In this document: positions 50,268-62,771 of the stretch, piece by piece
Numbering within the stretch: position 1 is the first letter of the stretch
Layout of the letters: every line of letters begins with the position of its first letter
Assembly: GCF_902652985.1 (NCBI RefSeq)
Contig: NC_047021.1
Location: 12,462,001-12,526,000 of the forward strand
Direction of reading: 5' to 3'
DNA from: Pecten maximus
Taxonomy: Eukaryota
DNA: 64,000 bases
Position numbers and translations under genes: made by a program
The notes under the pieces: generated by a model
What the model saw: the letters and a program-made list of their open reading frames with translations, nothing else
Databases searched by the model: none
What the model was told of the DNA's origin: nothing

Positions 50268-52798
50268 TTATTTGTTGTATTTTTGCCATGGCCACTCCTC
50301 CTTCCGGTTACAGTAGAACACTAAGTGCACGTTGTCATCGTTAACATCTGGTATTTCATCGTCATCGTAGTTCCAGGTGTTAAGGAAGGCATCACCATAT
50401 GTGTCACCGTATTCCCCTGTGGAATAGTTTCCTATTCGAAGCGTGGCAGAACATCGTGTGTACGTCCCATTAGTCGTCCTACAGTAAGGCTTGCAGAGCC
50501 TCCCACAGGAGTCGTATGCAGCAAAGAACGCTTCTGATGGTTTTTCAGTTGGCTTCCTAACAGGTACATATGTATACCCTTTAAACAAAGGCATTCGTTC
50601 ATCCACGATTGTATATTCAGTGGAGAAACCGTAGTAATTCAGTCCATAAGCACTGACGAATATCTTGGTTGCACCAGAGCCGGGTAGATTGCATCTCTGA
50701 TATGTACCCATCTTACCAGTATCTTCCCTTCTTTTCAGTTTGCCATACATTTCCGAATCGTATATGTCTAAAGTTTCATTGGCAATACCGTCTACAACTT
50801 CGAATGATCTAAACAGTTCATTTTGCTTCCTTTCATTGACAATTTTGATCGGGAGGTAAATCCATTTACTGGAATCCGCATGGCCGTCCACGGAATACGT
50901 ATTTTGAATAGTTGAATCAAGCTTAGAACACGTATCTGAAGTAAACTCTTCTATCTGACTCATTTCTGTTGTGATGGAGTCCACGGAATCAGCAGTCCTC
51001 TGTGATTTTGATCGATTGTTTCTTCTGCGTGCTTTTGAAACACATCTTCCTTTATCAAGTTGACATGTCAACCATTTGGAATTGCAGGAAGGTTGCTCTT
51101 TCGAGCATGTTGGAGTCATCTCATACGTGTAAATATCACGTGTCCAATTTTGTGAATATCCATCGATATTCTTATACATATTAAACCCATCCATGGTTAG
51201 ATTTGGCTGCTGTTGTTTTATAGAAGTTTCGGGATAGTCATTTGCGGGATCGATTCCATTTGATTCCTGTTTATTTCTAAACATCCACCAGACATAGTCA
51301 ATAAAAGCATGGAGCATGTAGAATAAAGGGTCATGTGCTGCGGAAACCAAGTCACCCAGATGACCATTAACAAACATGTGGATTTTCCCATGAAGGTACT
51401 CAAGGTTATATCCGCTTTGTGCCGTGGGGACGGTTATCTCAGAAGTAAATTTTTTAGAGAGGATGTTTTCGACATCCTCGTAACTCATGAGTTCTGCGCC
51501 TTTACTTACAACTCGTGTTAATTTCCCAAATGCACTATGTGTCCAGTCTTTAAAAGGACCATTATCAACCTCTCCATTACCATTTCCTGCAAAACGACCA
51601 GAAAAAAGCATAGACAGGGATGGATCCTCCATATCTTCATCCAACCTACAGTCCCAGAACGGCAGAGATACATCAGGATCAATTTTTCGTAATGCTTCTT
51701 CGTATCTAAAACAAATGTTTTTATCATTTCAGTCAGGCTAGATATTTTTGTGATTAGAACAATTGCAACTTTTACTATCAAAACCAAAACAAATATATAC
51801 AGGCAGCGAGGTATTACTATGGTATACGTATGCATACATTAGTCTATAGAAGGCAAAAATGATATTTACCAGGAATATGACATTGAGCAGAAGTCGAACT
51901 GCAATCCCCGGGACTATTTTGATATACAGTAGATGCAATAAGCTACAACTATATTATATGTATCATGCCGGCAGAGAAAGTTTCAAATGAACATTCCATA
52001 CACTGAGATGTAAATCGATTTTATGTATATTTCGAAAACAAAGAATTTAAGTAAAATAGTTATTAGCTCAACTTTTCAAAAACTTACGTCGCCAGATATA
52101 CCCTATGCCATCCTAGGAAATTGGGTCCTCCATGAGCTGTTGATTGTATTTTCGCATTGTGGTAATTAGCGATAGCATCATATGTGTTCGGTTTCAACCT
52201 CTGAAACAAACAAATGTATTTACTTGATAATTATTCTTATAGCTTTAGGTATTTTGTTCGAAAACTTGCTTAACTGTATTTAATTGAAACAATGTGAGAA
52301 ATGGATTTCAGCAGTGACGTTCTAGACGTATTCTGAATCAACATATATAATTGGACTATTCTTTTTGACGATAAATAGTACCTTATCCTGTTTTAGAGCT
52401 TTCACTGCCCTGTGGTATTTCCGTCGTTCCTTGTTGGTTAGCATGCGGTACTCTTTGCGGACACGGATATCTTTATATGGAGAAGGAGTGGTTGTTTTCG
52501 AGTTGGTTTTCTCAGTTATTTGTTTCTCCCTTTCCTTCACATCGGCCGATATGAATTTTAAAATGTCAGGATCTACATCTGGTGCCCACCTCTCTTTTCC
52601 GGTTTTCCACAGATAATCTGATATACATGTGTGTAACACGTTCCGTCCTGCTATGGTAGTTATATTTTCCTTTCTGTCCCAGTCTGAGAAGCAATCAACC
52701 AGTTTTGGTGGTATGTCGATGTTATCGATAGTTGCTTCTACATTCCATATCATAGAGATAACAGTCAAATATCTCAGAAGATGTTGGACGTTACCCAT
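50268..52798 (-). CDS. Secreted tyrosinase-like (type-3 copper) protein, 655 aa, 3 coding exons
   Basis: Exons (minus): 52798-52382, 52200-52088, 51705-50268; GT-AG, frame continuous. Hydrophobic N-terminus MGNVQHLLRYLTVISMIWNVEA; RVRKEYRML motif; CuA YHN...AHGGPNFLGWHR; LPFWD; CuB EYLHGKIH...AAHDPLFYMLHAFID; Cys-rich linker and C-terminal domain. The ATG directly follows a splice acceptor, so an upstream exon (UTR or short coding) is likely. Confidence 0.95.
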
Positions 52799-53229
52799 CT
52801 GCAAGAAAAGATTATACAGTATTCATTTTTGTTTAGGAATCTTTGAAAGTAGTCATACAAAAGAAAAGGCCGATCAATTATTTGTATCTTACTACGTATG
52901 TTAATGATAAACTTACACTAAATCATATAACAATGAATGTATTACTTATGCTGATATGCCATAGGAGGTGAACTGCTTTCATGCTTGTCAAACTATTTAA
53001 TGCGAGTGTTATGAATACAGGGATTATTTCTCAGCCTTGGAGATGAATATTGATTTTGAACCTGTTTAAACCATATTATCAAGGACCTGTTGCAGGATGG
53101 CCCACGAAGGAATTCTTTGTGAAACATTTTATTTTGATAAAAGATGTCAAAATACACATGGAATGGCCTATTATTTTTAATTTTTATTTTTGGTGCGATT
53201 ACAGTGCCACCTTTTATTGATTTCGATTG

Positions 53230-54060
53230 AAAAGTTTACCAAGAGATTTCAAATGCCGCTAGTATCTTAATGAAAACATATTTTCTGCCTTACCATAAAC
53301 ACACTCGACCAAAATGAACTATTTTTTAATATTGTATGCCCGACTTGTGAATTTATTTTGCAGAATTCACAATATACATGAAAAAGGTGGCAGACAGGGA
53401 TACTTTTTTCGTCATTTTGATTTCAGTAATTCAGAAAAATATCAACAGATGTATCTAAAACCCCGAGTGCAGACAGTGAAAGTGTTTTAAAAACATCTTT
53501 GATATCCTTGTGAAACATTTCAAAAATATCAAGATAGTAGGTCCCTGGCAAGTAAGAGAAATATCATGTTTATCTCCCCTACCCCCAAAAATCACAAAAA
53601 CCGGGGAAAATATTCAATGGCCGCTAACACCTAAGTGAGAACATATTTTTTTTAACAAAGATGGACTATAATAAACCTGAATGAACTAGCTTTGAGTATC
53701 ATACGCCCGACTTGTGAATTTATTTTGCAGAATTCACAATATACATGAAAAAGGTGGCAGATAGGGATACTTTTTTCGTCATTTTGATTTCAGTAATTCA
53801 GAAAAATATCAACAGATGTATCTAAAACCCCGAGTGCAGACAGTGAAAGTGTTTTAAAAACATCTTTGATATCCTTGTGAAACATTACAAAAATATCAAG
53901 ATAGTAGGTCCCTGGCAAGTAAGAGAAATATCATGTTTATCTCCCCTACCCCCAAAAATCAACAAAACCCGGACAAAAAATTCAAAAGCTACTAGTGCCT
54001 TAATGAGAGATTATTTGTTCCCAAAGCATGACTTTCTTCAGCCAAAATTAATTTCTTTTG
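53230..54060. repeat. ~367-bp tandem duplication upstream of the transposase
   Basis: gcccgacttgtgaatttattttgcagaattcac...tcccctacccccaaaaatca is near-identical at 53338 and 53705, with degenerate flanking partial copies. Confidence 0.9.
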
Positions 54061-54856
54061 CATAACTTATGTTTTATTTGAAACTTTTCTTCGTTAAATC
54101 TGTGGAATGACTAAAAACGATTCAAGTACATGTATTAAACCCCGAGTACAATTTTTCTACGTGTTTCAAACTTTTCTGTCGTGTCATTATGACAAAATAT
54201 GATAGCATGAACAAAGTAAATGACTTTCCAGTGAGAATTTTCACTAGTAATTTATTTATATGTTTACTTTATATAGTAAAAGAGTTCTTAGTGTTGTATA
54301 CAATATGTAGGTATTCCATATGCATATTTGTCTTTTATTCTGATACATACTGGTGAAAATTTCAATAATTAGTTGCAATCATCATAAAAAGAAAAACAAT
54401 TTCACTGCCTTTCATAACACATATGTTTCAACACCTCTATTGTCGGGATACTCAAAGTGTATTTAAATTCTAATTTTGTTCTTTGCGTTTTGACAAGCAA
54501 GCTCTGTGTTTCTACTGTACGAATGAAACAGAAGATCGGTTATTGGATCTTGATTAATGTTCCTTAAAACATTGAGACGAAAATATATTTTATATAATAT
54601 ATTTGTGTGGCTAATTTTCGTTCAATCCTTTAACAGAATGTGTAGAGGGAATTATACATTTTACAAAAAAAAAAAAGAACTTTAAATGTAATTTCATGTA
54701 TCAGTAAACAATAACAAACACTTACACGGTGAAAAACTGATAGGGTGATGTCAAACGACGGATACCGAATTGGTTGTAATACTATAAAGGGTAATGGATT
54801 GTACTTTATGTAGTAGAACAGTATCACTACTGCCTTATCACAATACCTTATTCGCA

Positions 54857-56858
54857 ATGAAAGCTATATGCATTGGTTTAAACTGCAAAACCTCATTGAA
54901 ATACAAATATGCAGTTGGCGATAAAAGATATTCTCGATATGTACAAGAATGGATGAAACCCCTGTTGGAAGCTGATGGTATTGCAACAACTGATGTTGGG
55001 GAGGCAAAGATGTGCCCAAAGTGTTATACTAGATATTTAAGGAAGCGTCCAAGGTCAGAGCCCATGGTAGATGACTCAAATACATGAGTCTAAGAAGAGC
55101 AACTGCAATCCTGTTGAGGAAGAAAGTGTCTCAATCTGTCCTACGGTTGATGACCTCTTTTTCACTCTATCCTCTCACAGGAAATGTTGCCTTTGCCTTT
55201 CATATACTGAACAAACTGCCACAATTCCTGAAAAGGCTAGGTTCCAATTGATCTTGTTTCACAGGATATGGGTCTCTAAGTCTGCGAGATCATGCGCTGA
55301 CCACTTTATTGGGAAATACTTGGATCCTAATTTTCCAATTACTGCTGCTGGAAGGGAAAAGTTGTCACTCTATCTTCCAGATAAACATGAAGAGGTGATC
55401 AATGATCTTCTGAGATTATCGTACCAACTTGGTAGTGGAAAGACATCCTTTTCTTTCAATCTGAAAAATATGGATGACCCAGACTGTCTGGCTTGGACTG
55501 GGTGGAACACGGAGCAGCTGCAAGAGCTTCATAGCCGATGTGCACATCTAATATCTTCCCAGTGTTTGTCAACAGAAGATTATCTCCTCTTGTTTTGGGT
55601 CAAACTCAAAACGGACATATCCTATACACAGTTGGCATCCCTATTCAACCTGCATAAATCCAGTGTCAGTAGAATATTCCACAATGTAGCTCAATCTCTC
55701 GAGGCGACAGTTGGTCCCTTGTATCTGGAATCTGAACATATTTCTAGAGAAAACGCCATCAACCATAACACTGCATTCACCAAGACTTTCTTTAGTGATA
55801 ATGTCACAGTTGTTTTAGATGGAACGTACATCTATATTGGAAAGAGTGGCGATCACGAGTTTCAAAGAAAAAGTTACTGTGGGCAGAAAAAAAGAAACTA
55901 TATTAAATTCATGAGTGTAGTTTTCCCAGATGGATACGTCTTGGACACCGTTGGGCCATTTTTTGGGAGTGGAAATGACGCCACAATAACCCAGAAAATC
56001 CTTGACGGAATTGAAAGCCTGAATCCTCTCCTGCAGCCAGAGGACCATATCATCGCAGATCGTGGATTCAGGGATGTTCTGAAAGACATCTCTGAAGTGG
56101 GATATGGACATCACATGCCATCCTTTCTCCAGCCAGGAAAGAGCCAGCATGATTCTCTTAAAGCCAACACTGATAGATGCATCACAAAAACGAGATGGGT
56201 TGTTGAGAGCTATCACGCAAAATTTAAGAAATTTAAATTCTTTCAGACAGAACTCTCATCTAATCACTTCATTGACATCATTGCAACACTCGTAAAGGTT
56301 GTAACCGCTTCCCTGAACTTCCTCCGTGGTTCTATTTATGAACCTTCTTCTGAACAGGTGCTGGAAGACAGGGCAATGGCTGAACAAATGAAAGGGTTAT
56401 CAACTAAGGTTAATGAGCTTGCACTTAGGGTGAAGAATGAACCGGAGTTATCCAAACGTGCCCAATCTTACTGGCAAAAGCTTGATGCGACTGATGTTAC
56501 CTTTCCAAAACTCTCTGAGGATTACTTGGAAACATTGGCGTGTGGAACATACCAGCTGAAGTTGGCAAACGGTTATAATATAACCGAGCATCTCAGTGAT
56601 GACGGAGACTATGAGGTCATGGTATACCAGCACTCCGATGACCTAGTATGCTGTCAGCTAAGGTCACGTCATAGATCACAAACCAAATATAACATCTGGA
56701 TTTTATATCATGATGCACCAAATCCGATACAGGCATACTACTGCACATGTCCTTCTGGTCAGAGGACGGTAGGCATGTGTGTCCTCTACTACCTTGGAGT
56801 TTATAAGCATTCTTCTACCAATCTAAGGAAATCCAGTTTTAAAGAATACATGCTATAG
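54857..56858 (+). mobile_element. PIF/Harbinger-IS5-like (DDE_Tnp_4 type, ISL2EU-like) transposase gene, frameshifted near 55071-55087
   Basis: HTH-like LLLFWVKLKTDISYTQLASLFNLHKSSVSRIFH; catalytic motifs VVLDGTYIYI...GNDATI...IIADRGF...RWVVES; C-terminal SWIM-like YYCTCPSGQRTVGMC. A Cys-rich N-terminal ORF 54857-55087 overlaps in another frame. TIRs not identified. Confidence 0.88.
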
Positions 56859-57847
56859 ACAGAATTTGATGGGAAACCTTCAATAAACAAAGAACACACA
56901 AAACACATAACAGATCAATGAAAAACAACAAACATTTGTTTCTGCGGATCCAGTACATATCTTTGACCATATTGTCGTTATTACTTACTAGACCCTATGA
57001 ATATAAATATATATGCACTATGTGTTGTTGATCCAAAGGTCTAGATTTGAATTACCTGTCGTAATTGTACTATGAGAACTGTTTATATATAATATATATG
57101 TATATATATACAAAGGTGTCTCTATATTCCAAATCATTCGGCTACTTGGCTTTGGACGAGGAAAAGGGAATACATATCACTACTCAACTCGCCATCTTTG
57201 CTACAGTCCAAATCATGTTTTTCCTTCAAAATCATAATTCTGAGCACCACCAACATGAAATTTAACCTGTACTGACGTTATCTTTTATATACCTTTCCTT
57301 TTAGTAAATGGGTATGGTGTTCATTGGGTTTGAGAGAAGAGAGGGGATAATGTGGTGTGCAATGTGTACATTGTTTGATTTGTACTTAAAAATGAAAAGG
57401 AGATATATCACGGACCCTGATATCTGATGTTTTAAAAACGCGTACTAATAAAATAATTTATGGGAATCAACAAAAAATCATTCAAGAGGCACTTTAAAAA
57501 AAGGCAATAACAGTAGAAACCATTTTCACTCGGGGGAAAATTTAATAGCCCTGAGGGAAAAAATTCCGAAATTGACTTTTTTTTTCAGACTTTTTTTTTC
57601 CAAAAAAATAAATTTTATATTTTCTCAAAAAATAGGGGGAATGCAATTTTTTTTTAAATTTTTAAAAAGGGTTCATTCATTAAAACAAACGAGGAATTCA
57701 TCAGCAAGAGAGAAGGTAGGTCGATACTCAATCCAAAACTAATTGATCATCACTTAAGAAGAAATTCATAATTTAGCACTGATATATACTGCCATTCTGT
57801 AATTTATCCTAGCTCCATGTATTGTTGCATAATGCATATCCAATATC

Positions 57848-58600
57848 TATGGAACGCCAAATTAACATATCTTCAATTAATTGAACCTATCTTCAATTAT
57901 TTGAAGATAGGTTCAATTTCATTGAAGATAGGTTTAATTCAATTGAAGATAGTTTCAATTCAATTGAAGATAGGTTCAATTCAATTGAAGATAGGTCCAA
58001 TTATTTGTACCTATCTTTAATTATTTAAAGATAGGTACAATTGAATTGAACCTATCTTTAATTGAATTGAACCTATCTTCAATTGAATTGAACCTATCTC
58101 TAATTGAATTGAACCTATCTCTAATTGAATTAAACCTATCTTCAAATACAACATATCCTTAATCAAATCAAACCTATCTTCAATTCAATTGGACCTATCT
58201 TTAAATCAATTGGACCTATCTTTAATTCAATTGAACCTATATTTAATTCGTCCCTTTTCCCTATTTGTTCGTAATTGAAGATAGGTTCAATTCAATTAGA
58301 GATAGGTTCACTTTAATTAGAGATAGGTACAATTCAATTAGAGATAGGTTCAAATCAATTGAAGATAGGTTCAATTAGTCTTATTTAAACCTATTTTTAA
58401 TAGAATTGTACCTATCTTCAATTGAATTGAACCTATCTTCAATTGAATTGAACCTATCTTTAATTGAATTGTACCTATCTCTAATTGAATTGAACTGATC
58501 TCTAATTGAATTAACCCTATCTTTAATTGAATTGAACCTATCTTCAATTATTTGAAGATAGGTTCAATTAATTGAATATATGTTAATTTGGCGTTCCACA
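57848..58600. mobile_element. Non-autonomous foldback MITE, IS3EU-like, with 6-bp TSD
   Basis: TIR tatggaacgccaaattaacatat / atatgttaatttggcgttccaca. TSD aatatc at 57842-57847 and 58601-58606. The interior consists of 21-bp aattgaattgaacctatcttc units in both orientations. Confidence 0.9.
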
Positions 58601-59054
58601 AATATCAATGCACGGATGCAGTTGGATCCAAGCCAAACTAAATGACGAAAAGACGTTTAAAATGTGACCTGCTGTAAACAGGTGATTTTTTTGTCTTCTA
58701 ACATTTGATCAGAACGCATTAGACGAAAGTCCTTGTTTGTTGTTAGCGTATGCAATTACAGGTTAAAGAGGCGTACAAAAGACATACATATTAAATACCA
58801 GTGTCCCGTAGTCAACAGGACTTTACTCGCTTACATTGTCGGCGTTACTTTCATCCAATGAATAACGCCATCCTATAAATGATTTAATTAACGTTCTATA
58901 AAAGTCTATGTGTTGACATTTTCTATTGAGAAAACCATTCAATTACAAATGTACCACGACGACCTAATAGGCGTGCCTGTGATGTCGATGTTTTGACCGA
59001 GGTGCGTTGTGATCAAATTGTCATTCACTACCACTTACCCAATCCTTCTCGAAT

Positions 59055-59700
59055 CCAATGAATAAATATCAGTCAATAGATATTTATTATATATACATTA
59101 GTCAACAGACTTTAACTTCATCAATAAAAGTCAACAGATATTAATTGAATAAATATTAATTTTATCAACCGATATTTATTGAATAAATATGAATAAACAG
59201 TTCTATATATCAAATAAATATCAGTCAAAAGATATTCATCAAATAAATACATGTATTACATCAACAGATACATCTACATCTGTATATATTAAATAAATAT
59301 TAATCAATATATATTTATTGAATAAATATGAATAAATATAAATATCAGTCAAACGATATTCATCAAATACATATCAAATTAACAGATACATTTATATATT
59401 GAATAAATATAACTCAATAAATATTTATTTATAGATATTATTAATAAGATATTTATTAAATAAATATTAGCTGATGGATATCTATTGATTTAATATTAGT
59501 CGATAAATATATTTTGATAAATATTAGTCAACATATCTTTATAAAATTAATAAAAGTCAGCAAATATTTATTACATCAATATTAAGGTAACAGACATACA
59601 TGTATATTAAATAGGTATCAGTTAATAAATATTAGATAAATACATGTATTAGACAACAGATATTTATCAAAACTAAATATAAAAGCCAGTGAAATAAGTC
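59055..59700. repeat. Degenerate AT-rich ~29-bp tandem repeat
   Basis: aataaatatcagtcaacagatatttattg-like units. Confidence 0.65.
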
Positions 59701-60010
59701 TAATAAAACAAATTTGCACAGTTGAATACATACAGGACACTGTTTTCCGTGTTTCACTAAAATAACACTTACCATTAACGTACTCTTTTATACTACAATA
59801 TACCAGCTCGTTCGGCGTATTCGGTATGTAAATGGATACATGTATTTCAAAAGAGTGATAATGTCTTTAATATAAATCAAAACTACTTCTCGCATACTCG
59901 TTGATAATTACAAACAAATTCGTGATGCATCGCATGCAGCCGTTCCGTGGTACCGAGAGAGCATTTTTTGTTTCATACCAGGCTGATTATATTCAAGAGG
60001 TATCAGACAA

Positions 60011-60320
60011 CAGGCGCGGATCCTGGAATTTGAAAGGCGGGTTCCAGTAATTTAGTGATAATGCGAGCGCCGTAGGTGCGAGCCGAATATTTTTTGGCGA
60101 GGGGTCTGGGGGCTAACATTTCGGAAAGGAATTGATTATAGCATTTTTTTTCAATCTTTCGGGAATAAGATTAGGGGGGGGGGATATTACCACGACGATG
60201 TGCTTTCTTTTACAGTATAGTCAAGGTTCTTAGATGGAAGATCTACAGTATAGACAAGGTTCTTAGATGAGAGATATACAGTTTTTTTAAGGCTATCAAA
60301 CAATTTTCCTCATCCGAAAA

Positions 60321-60353
<33 letters not shown>

Positions 60354-60384
60354 CCCTCAGGACACACCCCTGGATCCGCTAGTG
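60011..60384. mobile_element. MITE with short TIRs, 5-bp TSD and internal poly-G
   Basis: caggcgcggatcc...ggatccgctagtg; gacaa on both sides (60006-60010, 60385-60389); G32 run at 60321-60352. Confidence 0.75.
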
Positions 60385-60394
60385 GACAAGGTAA

Positions 60395-60845
60395 CAGTCA
60401 ATTTCACCTACAGGAATATTAACGATGTTCTTTCTTTTAATGAACCAAAGCTATATTGACCACGTCGATCGGATTTGCCCTGTACAACTTGAAATCAAGG
60501 ACACTACAGACTCTTCAACATCAAACAGCCAGAAGGGACAGCTTACAACTAAGCTGAATGATAAGCGTGATGTTTTCGATTTCCCATTTTTTTTATTTCC
60601 CTTGCCCAGGTAGCAACAGTCCTCATTACCGACAATGGGAAAGCTTTATGGTCCATATCATGATTACACTTCATTTCCTTATGCGATTTCAAGTCTACGA
60701 GTTCGATGTTTGTTAATATAACTAGTGGTTCCGTTGTCACACACCAGTTCTCGTTTGGGGAATGTGACGCATCCTTTGGCCCAATTTGTATGTCGTTTGT
60801 CGTCGATGAAGCAGAAGACACTTATTCTCCCGGAATACCTGGTCT
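60395..60845 (+). mobile_element. Degenerate Penelope-like retroelement (RT C-terminal) fragment
   Basis: FTYRNINDVLSL (cf. FRYIDDVLSL), then ICPVQLEIKDTTDS...GQLTTKLNDKRDVFDF (cf. IYPxELEIKxTT...LYDKRDDFNF). Family motifs recalled from memory; contains frameshifts and deletions. Confidence 0.7.
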
Positions 60846-61220
60846 TATTCTCCCAGATCACCTGTTCTTATTCTCCCAGATCACCTGTTCTTATTCTCCC
60901 GGAACACCTTGTCATATTCTCCCAGAACACCTGGTCTTAATCTCCCAGAACACCTGGTTTTATTCTCCCAGAACACCTGGTTTTATTCTCCCAGAACACA
61001 TTGTCTTATTCTCCCAGAACACCTTGTCTTATTCTCCCAGAACACCTGGTCTTATACTCCCGGAACACCTGTTATTATTCTCCCAGAACACCTTGTCTTA
61101 TTCTCCCAGAACACCTGGTCTTATTCTCCCAGAACACCCGGTCTTATTCTCCCAGAACACCTGGTCTTATTCTCCCAGAACACATGGTCTTATTCTCCCG
61201 GAACACATTGTCTTATTCTT
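60821..61220. repeat. 23-bp minisatellite, ~17 copies
   Basis: Unit cttattctcccagaacacctggt. Confidence 0.93.
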
Positions 61221-62087
61221 CTTGTACTTTTTCGAATCTATATTTATGTTCATAGTTTGACCTCTTTTATTGACTTTGAGTTCGAATTTTGTTTTCGTTT
61301 TTACGTCGGTTCATTTAATATTATCACAAAGAACAAGCTGATATGCCAGTTTGTCTGATCAGAGTTGATAAATATAGTCACTATTTGGATCATGATATTC
61401 AGCAGTTCAACGTCTTTTAAAATGTTTATCAAAATGATAAACGAATATACATTATACAGTAGTGTCAATCATACCATACCATGTACCTGTATCGAGATGA
61501 AGTCTTATGACTCTTTTCAGTAATGTTATATATCAGGCAACATTTTATTGCTCAAACCGAATATTTTTATGTTTGATATTTGATACTTGAATTGTGGTCA
61601 ATTTAGCTTAACACTTGCCGACCACCTACGCACACATCAATGTAGCTGCAATCCTCAGGGCACACGAAGGTCATTGAGGCGTGATGACTATCTACATTGT
61701 CTCTGTCCAGCGTTCACGGTGATGGACATCGTACTATCTACTCATCATTAGTGTCTCTGAGGTAGTCTTCATCGCTACAATATATACGTGTATAAACCTG
61801 GCTTTATTGGCATTTTGGAGAATCTTATAATGCGATATGATATCAACTCTAACATTTATGACACTAACTCCAATTGTCCCTGCAGACCTATACGGTAACA
61901 TATAAACAACTGATATTTATAACACTACAAGTAGTATACTCTCTAAACTAAGACTGCAACTGCGAAGAAGATGTGAGAATATTGGAACAAATAATTGGGA
62001 TTTATATTTCCAGTAGATGCTGGTTTTCCATACTAAACGAAATGTGCTGTGACCGATTACTATATACATTGTCTCTATACATGTTAG

Positions 62088-62315
62088 TGGGTGTGGCCAC
62101 CACCGGGACAACACCTATCTGTGCGGAGGATTCAGTCAGTTACGTCACGGATGCTGGGTGTCGGAACGTGTGGCGCTGTGTAGGGGGGCGGTTGTCCAGT
62201 AAGCCGGTGTTTACCTGTGGGTCCAACATGGTCTTCAGTGAGGTGCTTAGCATGTGTGTTTGGCAGGGACGGGAACATGATGATTGCTCTTCGTCCACAG
62301 TAACTTCAGACAAAC
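62088..62315 (+). CDS. Exon encoding a chitin-binding type-2 (CBM14/peritrophin-A) domain; partial gene
   Basis: AG/GTAAG-bounded 228-nt phase 1-1 exon with six-Cys spacing C-AEDSVSYVTDAG-C-RNVWR-C-VGGRLSSKPVFT-C-GSNMVFSEVLSM-C-VWQGREHDD-C, including aromatic residues. Other exons not resolved. Confidence 0.85.
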
Positions 62316-62771
62316 GTAAGACTACCAGTTACGAAGGTCCATGATCAATCTCTATATTACGTTATATATTTTCGTAGTTACTAGTAACAATCTGTGATTG
62401 GCTTATTTAGAATATGAGAATATAAAGAAAACAGTAGCATGTTTTTAATTGGCATCAAATAGGAATATATATATATATATTAGTGACAATCATGTGCACT
62501 GTTTTATTTGTGTTATACCGACACATATTGTCAAATTAACGAAACCGTAAATCTTATTCAAATAAGAACCAGCATGGGGACAACGGAACGACTAAGCGTA
62601 GTACGTATCGCCCACGTCAAACATCAAATCGCACAAAGACATTTCCAATCCAATGAGATCGTGATGTTAACTTTCCCGTGGTCTCCATCCATTTAGCATC
62701 TTTTGAAACATTGTGTTATTCCCCGTCATTGGTCTACACTTGACAAATCGTGATAATGTGTCAGCCCTTGA

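Noticed and set aside
55815-56633. Antisense and alternate-frame ORFs within the transposase
   Set aside because: Shadow ORFs of the coding strand with no recognisable motifs.
60706-61358. Four overlapping ORFs
   Set aside because: Products of a 23-bp repeat that is stop-free in all plus frames.
61684-61900. Candidate first or signal-peptide exon of the CBM14 gene
   Set aside because: The ATG-initiated frames hit stops before a phase-compatible donor.
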